Shown piece by piece: positions 26,547-33,584 of a stretch of 46,227 nt of DNA (the stretch's first letter is position 1; every line of letters begins with the position of its first letter). Source of the DNA: a bacterium (GTDB taxonomy: Bacteria; Zhuqueibacterota; Zhuqueibacteria; Oceanimicrobiales; Oceanimicrobiaceae); the NCBI GenBank assembly GCA_046757165.1, contig JBHHXT010000019.1:1-46227 (forward strand), given 5' to 3'. The notes under the pieces were generated by a model that worked only from the letters and a program-made list of their open reading frames with translations, was not told the DNA's origin and did not search any database. The position numbers were made by a program, and so were the translations under genes.

Positions 26547-29030
26547 CTAGGCTCTCTCCTTTCCGGTGACTTTTTCGATCGCAATCTTCGTACTGATCAG
26601 CGAAGGAGCGCCACGCAAGTAATCATAGTCCTCCACAACAATCTCATAGGGATTGACACCGATGCCTCTGGCATATCGCCCATAAGCTGAATGACCCAGC
26701 CCGAAAGGAATATAGGCGACCTCAGGCATGACCCCGGGGAGTATCTTTGCCTGGACCAGTAGACTGCCTTCCGAAGAAGTCACTTTGACCATGTCACCGT
26801 CGTGAATCCCATAGCTGTGGGCGGTTTCCGGATTGAGCTCAATCCAGGACTGCCAGTACTCGCGCGTGAGCAATCCAAACAATTCTTGCACCAAAGGCAG
26901 GTTGCTCCCCATGCCATTGACGTTGGTAATCAAATGATAGGTGAGCAAATGCAGATCAAATCGCGCGCCATTTTTTGAGGCCGCAGGGGGTTCATAGTGC
27001 GGCAGGTAGACAAGATCGCCACGCGCATCTATTTGCCAGCGCTGCAACAGCGAATCAAGGGCGCTCTCGAACCCATCCGACTGCCGGATTTTCGATTCGA
27101 TCTCGTGTTTCAAAACCTGCGAATAGAATTCAAACCTCCTGGAAGGTGTCGCAAAGACCTTGTCAAAGTCCGGCTCCTGCGGAAAGGGATCGAGCCATCC
27201 CCCTTTTTCAAGCAGAACCTCCCAGAACTCTTCAAAGCCGGTATAGTCAAACAACTGCCACCCCCGTTCTTTCAGGAATGTCAGCCAGGCCTCGTCCATA
27301 CGCTCGGTGAAAACGGTGCCTGCGCCGGTCTTGTATACGCCCTCTAAGCGCGTTTGGAGATACGCTTTGTAGTCCGGCCAGGGCAACGCAGAGGCCAGCG
27401 TCCCGCCCAGACGCTTGGCCATGCCCAGTATAGAGTCTCCCAGGTGACGGCTGTCGTACAAAGGCTCGATCACCGGTTGTTGCATGCCAAAATGGGAGAA
27501 CTCCACCAGGGGAATATTATCGATGACGTCAAACTTCTCCAGGAAGGTATGGTCGGGCAGAATCAGGTCCGCGTACAGGGTGGTCTCATCCACAAAGGGC
27601 GAAAAGCTTACGATGAACGGAATGTTGTGTAGCGCCTCAACCACGCCACCCTGATTGGTAGAATGAAACACTGGATTAGCCTCTGCCAGAAGCAGAACAT
27701 CCACAGGCACCTGCTGTTTTTCGGAGATGAACTTCGGTAGATTGACCGGTGTCTCGCCCGAAAAACAGAATCGATCATCCAGCTCGGTGAGCCCGGGTCT
27801 GGCCAGACCCGACCGCGCTACTTTGTCCGGCTCGAGTTTCGACAATTCTGCAAACGGCGGGGGCTTCTGCAGAGAGATAGGCTTTCCATTCGCGAAATTG
27901 CCTTTCAGGGCATTCAAACACTCGACAGCCCAGGCCGTGTAAAGGCCCTTGTTGCTGCTGTGGGCCTGTCCGCCGGACAAAGCCAGAGCAGAGCCCTCAG
28001 CGCCAAACTCCCTGGCCAGCTCAACGATTCTCTCTGCCGAAACGGATGTTATTTCGGCCACCTTCTCCGGATAATACTCTTGCGTGACCAGAGACTTGAA
28101 CCCCCGGTATGAATTCCCGGCATCATCCTGCCAGTCATAAAACCCAAAGCACCTGTCTTGCACGAAGTTCTTGTCGTACCGGCCATCCTTGATCAGGACG
28201 CTCGCGATGCCCAGAGCTAAAGCCGCCATGGTCCCGGGTTTGATGGCAACCCATTTATCAGAAATGCCGGCAGTGCGCGAAAGACGAGAGTCGATGTGGA
28301 CAATCTTTGTCCGCTGTCCATTTTCGCGATTTCTGAGCTCGGAATAGAGTTGATTGAAGCGAACCGGGGATGGGCCAACATCCAGCACATCCGCCCCAAA
28401 GTTGATCAACAGCCTGATGGTTTTGAAATTGTAACTGAGAGGCTTCTTATGACCTTGTGTGATATAGGTTGCCAGGGCTGAGATGTCCCCGGATTCAGAA
28501 ACAAATAAATTCGGCGACCCGAACCCGGACATGAATCTCGAGAGCAAGTCGGAGAGCAGGGTGTTCACATGACCGGACCAAAATGCGAGCTTGTGTGTTT
28601 CATCTTTCTGCTGTAGCGCCTGCAACCGGGAGACAACCATCTGCATGGCCTCCTCCCAGGAGATGCTCTGCCACTGTCCCTCGCCACGACTGCCAACGCG
28701 TTTCAGCGGTGCTTTGATGCGGTCCGGATTGAATAACGCTTCGATGCCGGCTTCGGCCATCGGACAGATGCTGCCCCGGTTCACCGGATGAATTGGATTG
28801 CCCAGAATCCGCACTGGAATCCCGTCGATGAGACGGACCTTGATCCCGCAGCCGCCCGGACAAAGTGTGCAGACACTGGTTTTCCAGGTTTCAAGGCGGG
28901 GGGCGCCTCCAACTTTTTCGTACAGCTCATCCGGCACCGACCATATCGAATCGCAGCCCAGTCCTGCCATCGCAGCGCCGGCAGTGGTGAGGCCGAGGTA
29001 TTGCAAGAACTCTCTACGAGTGATCTCCAT
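26547..29030 (-). CDS. Tat-exported molybdopterin-oxidoreductase-family subunit (QrcB/ActB1/PsrA-like)
   Basis: TRREFL Tat motif; CX2CX3CX27C FS0 motif; PDRIKAPLKR; ADLILPDHTFLE; C-terminal ELNPETA..GIHDGD domain. Confidence 0.9.
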   Translation of the reverse strand: MEITRREFLQYLGLTTAGAAMAGLGCDSIWSVPDELYEKVGGAPRLETWKTSVCTLCPGGCGIKVRLIDGIPVRILGNPIHPVNRGSICPMAEAGIEALFNPDRIKAPLKRVGSRGEGQWQSISWEEAMQMVVSRLQALQQKDETHKLAFWSGHVNTLLSDLLSRFMSGFGSPNLFVSESGDISALATYITQGHKKPLSYNFKTIRLLINFGADVLDVGPSPVRFNQLYSELRNRENGQRTKIVHIDSRLSRTAGISDKWVAIKPGTMAALALGIASVLIKDGRYDKNFVQDRCFGFYDWQDDAGNSYRGFKSLVTQEYYPEKVAEITSVSAERIVELAREFGAEGSALALSGGQAHSSNKGLYTAWAVECLNALKGNFANGKPISLQKPPPFAELSKLEPDKVARSGLARPGLTELDDRFCFSGETPVNLPKFISEKQQVPVDVLLLAEANPVFHSTNQGGVVEALHNIPFIVSFSPFVDETTLYADLILPDHTFLEKFDVIDNIPLVEFSHFGMQQPVIEPLYDSRHLGDSILGMAKRLGGTLASALPWPDYKAYLQTRLEGVYKTGAGTVFTERMDEAWLTFLKERGWQLFDYTGFEEFWEVLLEKGGWLDPFPQEPDFDKVFATPSRRFEFYSQVLKHEIESKIRQSDGFESALDSLLQRWQIDARGDLVYLPHYEPPAASKNGARFDLHLLTYHLITNVNGMGSNLPLVQELFGLLTREYWQSWIELNPETAHSYGIHDGDMVKVTSSEGSLLVQAKILPGVMPEVAYIPFGLGHSAYGRYARGIGVNPYEIVVEDYDYLRGAPSLISTKIAIEKVTGKERA

Positions 29031-29090
29031 ACAATCGCTCCTGAATCTGGCTCTTATTCGTCATGGTCTAATCCACCACCTGTCCTCAAG

Positions 29091-29585
29091 TCAACGGTGA
29101 CACGCATAACAATCATTGGAAACCTCGCGCGTTTCATGACAATCCATGCACCATGCCATCGTTATTTCCTGAACGGGTGCGCCCACCGGCGTTGTCAGGG
29201 TTCCGACGTCGCCATGGCAGACCGTACACTCCAACTCGCCAAGCCTGACGTGCCGGCGATGAGAGAAGTAGGCGTAGTCCGCCACGCGATAGATTTGCCG
29301 CCAGGGGATTTTCGTCTTTTCGGTAACAAATTGAAGTAACGCCAGTTCTGCCTCGCTTTCGGTCATGGCTTCCTCATGGCACTCGGCGCAAAGATCGATA
29401 TTCGGGATAGAAGCCCGTGGATTCTCTTCGGCGTATTGATGGCAGTCCAGGCACTCCATGTCATTCTCTTCTACATGTATGCTGTGGCTGTAGGCAATGG
29501 GCTGCTTCGTGTCCTGCCTTTTGAGGAACCCGGCTACCATGAATGTCAACACAACGGCGAGAACAATGGATAGGGTCTTTTTCAT
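29091..29585 (-). CDS. Membrane-anchored pentaheme cytochrome c (ActA/QrcA-like)
   Basis: N-terminal TM; QPIAYSHSIH; five CxxCH; FSHRRH; TMAWCMDCH; NDCYACH. Confidence 0.92.
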   Translation of the reverse strand: MKKTLSIVLAVVLTFMVAGFLKRQDTKQPIAYSHSIHVEENDMECLDCHQYAEENPRASIPNIDLCAECHEEAMTESEAELALLQFVTEKTKIPWRQIYRVADYAYFSHRRHVRLGELECTVCHGDVGTLTTPVGAPVQEITMAWCMDCHETREVSNDCYACHR

Positions 29586-29696
29586 GTCTCAACGGTCCGT
29601 AACGTAGGTTGTTAGGCTGTTAGCCTACAGTCTGTCTACCTGAATAATGTGCAAGAGACCGAAGACGAGCCTCGATCTCTTGCGTCGTGGCGGCCC

Positions 29697-32600
29697 CTAC
29701 TTGACCAGGGCCATTTTCTTTATCTCGCTAAAGCCATTGACTGACAGCTTGTACAGGTAGATGCCGGAGCTCAGGTTGGCCGCCCCAAAATCGATCGTGT
29801 GCGCACCAGCGTCCAGGTTCTCATCCACCAGTGTTGCGACCTCCTGACCCAGCAGGTTGTAGATTTTCAGAACCGTGTGACCCGCATCGGGAAGACTGAA
29901 CGTAATCGTTGTCCTCGGATTGAACGGATTGGGATAGTTCTGATTCAACGCGTAGGTCCCGGGGATCTGCGGGCCCGTTTCAGACACGCTGCTGATCAGG
30001 GGGAAGTTCAACGTGTAGACGGTAGCATCGAAGCCATCCCCCGGGTGCCCGGAGCCTTCGTTGTCAAATATCTCAGTCGCAAACTGGACTGAACCCTCTG
30101 AAACGACGCTAAAATCATCGCCATCGCTGGTCAAGGCTCTCTTGAATTCAACCGTCCAGACGCCATTATCATATTTCCCGGCAGCATGAACAGAAGCGCG
30201 ATTTCCGGTAGGCAGGGCCAGGATTCTACCCGGAATAACCGCACCGGTGGCAAATGCGGCCGTGCTGTCAAATTCAACTGCCAGCTCGGTGGTGCCGGGC
30301 GAGACGCCAAAAGGATCGAATGCGTTGAGCGCATCCTGGTCCGCCATCAGGAACGTAACATTCGCGCCCGGGTCTGTAGCGGCCATGAAGCTGGGAAATC
30401 CGGAGCCGACCGGCAGATTCTTCGAATCAATGCCGCTGCCCGCGTCGCCGTGGCGGCCGGTGGTGTCCCAGAATTTGTCATCCGCGAACCCCAGCGGATT
30501 GGTGCGCGCGGCCTTCCAGTGCCAGACATCAACCTTCCCGACCTGCGTCTGCATGGCGATTCCCTGATGGCACATGGTTGTGCAATTCGCGCCATCGTCG
30601 CCGTTCTGGCCCATATCCCAAATAATGCCGACCCGGTCTTCATCGCCGGCCTGACTCCAGCTCGTCCCGTCGAAACTCCACTGGGCCTTGTTCACATTTT
30701 CTGTCGAACTCTTGTCCGGCCATTTCGCCAATACATAAAGATAATCCGAGTCCACCATGGACTTGATCGTCAAGCCTTTGGCGGTCGTGATCATGTCCGA
30801 GGTCCACTCGCCGTTCGCCTCGACACCATCCAGAGTGGGGGTGCCGATTGTGGCGGTGAGGGAATTATCAGAGGGCAACTGCGGAAAATTCATGGTGAAA
30901 ACCGTGGCGTCAAAGCCATCTCCAGGATGGCCAGAGCCCTCATTGTCAAAAATCTCGGTAGAAAAATCTACCGACCCGCCCGGAACAACTTCGAAGTCGT
31001 CGCCATCGCTGACCAACGGTCTGGAGAATTCGACGGTCCACTTGCCATTGTCATACTTGCCAGCCACGCGAACAGATGCACGATTTCCTGTTGGCAAACT
31101 CAGGATTCTGCCCGGGATGACCGCTCCTGCGGAAAATGCCGCCGTGCTGTCAAACGCCACCGCCACCTCAGCCGTACCCGGCCCAACGTTGAAAGGATCG
31201 AACGCGTTCAACGCCTCCTGATCGCCCATCAAGAAATCTACATTCCCGCCCGGGTCGGAGGTCGCCATGAAGCTCGGGAATCCGGACCCGACCGGCAAAT
31301 TCTTTGTATCGATACCGGAGCCCGTATCGCCGTGGCGACCCGTCGTGTCCCAGAATTTGTCGTCAGAATAACCTAATGGATTCGTGCGGGCAGATTTCCA
31401 GTGCCAAACATCCACCTTGCCGATTTGTGTCTGCATGGCAATCCCCTGATGGCACATGGTCGTACACGTCGCGCCATCGTCGCCGTTCTGCCCCATGTCC
31501 CAGATGATGCCAACGCGGTCCTCATCGCCTGCCTGACTCCAGCTCGTGCCGTCAAAGCTCCACTGACTCTTGGCAATGTTTTCGGTCGAGCTCTTGTCCA
31601 TCCACTGAGCAAGGACATACAGATTGTCCTGGTCGATCATCGCCTTGATGGTCAACCCCTTCTCGGTCGTAATCATATCGGAAGTCCACTCGCCCGGAGA
31701 GTCAACCCCGTCCAAATTCGGAGATCCGATTGCGGCCGTCAGGGAGGTTTTGGGCGTAGAGGGCGTCGGGAATTGCATGGTGTAAACCGTGGCATCAAAC
31801 CCATCACCCGGGTGACCAGAGCCCTCATTGTCAAATATCTCGGTAGAAAAATCTACCGACCCGCCCATGACCACGTCGAAATCATCTTCATCCCCATCCA
31901 GCACCCGGCGGAATTCCACGGTCCAGATGCCATTGTCGTACTTCCCGGCCGCGTGCACCGAAGCGCGATTGCCGGTGGGCAAGCTCAGAATTCTGCCGGG
32001 AATGACGGCTCCGGCGGAAAATGTCGCGGTGCTGTCAAACGCCACCGCCACCTCAGCCGTACCCGGCCCAACGTTAAAAGGATCGAACGCATTCAACGCA
32101 TCCTGGTCACCCATCAAAAAATCTACATTCGCGCCCGGGTCGGAGCCCGCCATAAAGCTCGGGAATCCCGACCCGACCGGCAAGTTCTTTGTATCGATAC
32201 CGGTGCCCGTGTCGCCATGACGGCCAGTCGTATCCCAGAATTTATCGTCCGAGTATCCCAAGGGATTCGTGCGGGCGGATTTCCAATGCCAAACGTCTAC
32301 CTTGCCGATTTGTGTCTGCATGGCAATCCCCTGATGGCACATCGTCGTACACGTCGGGCCGTCGTCGCCGTTCTGCCCCATGTCCCAGATAATGCCAACG
32401 CGGTCCTCATTCCCCGTCTGACTCCAGGCGGTTCCATCAAAGCTCCATTGGTTCTTGGCAGTGCTTTCGGATGAGGACTTATCAGCCCAGCTTGTCAGAA
32501 CGTAAAAATACGTCTCATCCACCATGGCCTGGATGGTCAACCCCGCTTGCGTGGTAATCGCATTCGAGGTCCACTCGCCCGCGGAGGCGACGCCATCCAA

Positions 32601-32702
32601 AACGGGTGTCCCCTCTGTGACATTGACCGTGGTTTGTGCCAAGAGACCGTAAGCCGATAGCAGCACGGCCACGACACTCAACAGTACCAGTTGCTTCTTC
32701 AT
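29697..32702 (-). CDS. Secreted protein: three ethylbenzene-dehydrogenase-gamma-like (DOMON) domains, each with CTTMCH, plus T9SS/FlgD-type C-terminal domain
   Basis: Three ~295-aa repeats (EDRVGIIW, CTTMCH, DVWHWK, WTVEF.R.L); tail ALNQNYPNPFNPRTTITF...SGIYLYKL...KKMALVK. Confidence 0.85.
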   Translation of the reverse strand: MKKQLVLLSVVAVLLSAYGLLAQTTVNVTEGTPVLDGVASAGEWTSNAITTQAGLTIQAMVDETYFYVLTSWADKSSSESTAKNQWSFDGTAWSQTGNEDRVGIIWDMGQNGDDGPTCTTMCHQGIAMQTQIGKVDVWHWKSARTNPLGYSDDKFWDTTGRHGDTGTGIDTKNLPVGSGFPSFMAGSDPGANVDFLMGDQDALNAFDPFNVGPGTAEVAVAFDSTATFSAGAVIPGRILSLPTGNRASVHAAGKYDNGIWTVEFRRVLDGDEDDFDVVMGGSVDFSTEIFDNEGSGHPGDGFDATVYTMQFPTPSTPKTSLTAAIGSPNLDGVDSPGEWTSDMITTEKGLTIKAMIDQDNLYVLAQWMDKSSTENIAKSQWSFDGTSWSQAGDEDRVGIIWDMGQNGDDGATCTTMCHQGIAMQTQIGKVDVWHWKSARTNPLGYSDDKFWDTTGRHGDTGSGIDTKNLPVGSGFPSFMATSDPGGNVDFLMGDQEALNAFDPFNVGPGTAEVAVAFDSTAAFSAGAVIPGRILSLPTGNRASVRVAGKYDNGKWTVEFSRPLVSDGDDFEVVPGGSVDFSTEIFDNEGSGHPGDGFDATVFTMNFPQLPSDNSLTATIGTPTLDGVEANGEWTSDMITTAKGLTIKSMVDSDYLYVLAKWPDKSSTENVNKAQWSFDGTSWSQAGDEDRVGIIWDMGQNGDDGANCTTMCHQGIAMQTQVGKVDVWHWKAARTNPLGFADDKFWDTTGRHGDAGSGIDSKNLPVGSGFPSFMAATDPGANVTFLMADQDALNAFDPFGVSPGTTELAVEFDSTAAFATGAVIPGRILALPTGNRASVHAAGKYDNGVWTVEFKRALTSDGDDFSVVSEGSVQFATEIFDNEGSGHPGDGFDATVYTLNFPLISSVSETGPQIPGTYALNQNYPNPFNPRTTITFSLPDAGHTVLKIYNLLGQEVATLVDENLDAGAHTIDFGAANLSSGIYLYKLSVNGFSEIKKMALVK

Positions 32703-32790
32703 AATAGCCTCCTAATAAATGATTAGCAGCAGATTATTTCGTTTTGCTTTGGCTTTGGCCAAATCTCCTACCCCATAGATAGCCCCGAAT

Positions 32791-33156
32791 TCAGGCTAGA
32801 GCTCTGATGATGGTTTCTCTTAGCGTAAGCAGATTCACCGGCTTCATTGCATAGTAGATGACCCCTTCCTGCAATACTCTCCCCCCCAGTTCCGTTGACG
32901 GATCATTGGAAATCACAACAAGCGGTATCTTTGGCCTGATTCTGCGAATGATCTTTACCATTTTGAGGCCGTCCAGCTGCGAACTTTCCAGGCTGTAGAT
33001 GACCACACCATAATCGTGCTCCAGGAGTTCGAGAAGCAAATCAGCTTCATTATCGACTCTGCAAAAGCCGATGTCACGGTCCGCCAGCGAGGCCACAAGG
33101 GTGTTGCAAAGGTCTTGGTCCTCGCAAAAAGCCAGAATTCTTGCCTCCACAATCAA
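32791..33156 (-). CDS. Single-domain response regulator, atypical (pseudo-receiver)
   Basis: REC pattern with LDGLKMVK, VVIS and YAMKP, but the phosphoacceptor position reads VVIYS rather than D. Confidence 0.75.
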   Translation of the reverse strand: MIVEARILAFCEDQDLCNTLVASLADRDIGFCRVDNEADLLLELLEHDYGVVIYSLESSQLDGLKMVKIIRRIRPKIPLVVISNDPSTELGGRVLQEGVIYYAMKPVNLLTLRETIIRALA

Positions 33157-33524
33157 CGTTCCTAGGGTTCACGGCGGTCGTAGACAAGAACCATACCAGC
33201 AGGATTAACCATGTTTTGAATGATTGCCAACCAATTATTCATTCGACACTTACGCCATGCACAGAACTGGGTAAGGTGACAAAAAAACAGCCGCTTGCCA
33301 CGCCGGGAATGGGGTATCGATGTCCCATGCCCGCCAGGCGATCTCGATATCTAATTGTTTTTGCGCAACTTATAGCATGAGATCGTTCTGAGCGCCCGGT
33401 GTGGCAGCCGTGTCCCGCTTCCTGAGATGACCGGGAGTGGTTCCACCATGAGCGCAAATGCTGGAGGGAAAATGAGGGTGAGAGGGGCGTTGCGCAGACT
33501 TGCTGATGGAGAGGCTTCTTCAAG

Positions 33525-33560
33525 AAACAAAAAAACCGGGTGAAGTCAGACTCCACCCGG
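33525..33560 (-). terminator. Rho-independent terminator after the DUF5666-repeat gene
   Basis: Minus strand CCGGGTGGAGTCTGACTTCACCCGG followed by TTTTTTTGTTT. Confidence 0.8.
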
Positions 33561-33584
33561 CCAGGTTAGTTGGAGGGGTTTTTC

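Noticed and set aside
26547..29030. Specific call as nitrate, polysulfide or tetrathionate reductase, or formate dehydrogenase
   Set aside because: No diagnostic Mo-ligand motif is recognisable, and the gene context is Qrc/ACIII-like.
30186..32474. Long plus-strand ORFs (396 and 357 aa) with internal repeats
   Set aside because: Antisense shadows of the triplicated DOMON gene.
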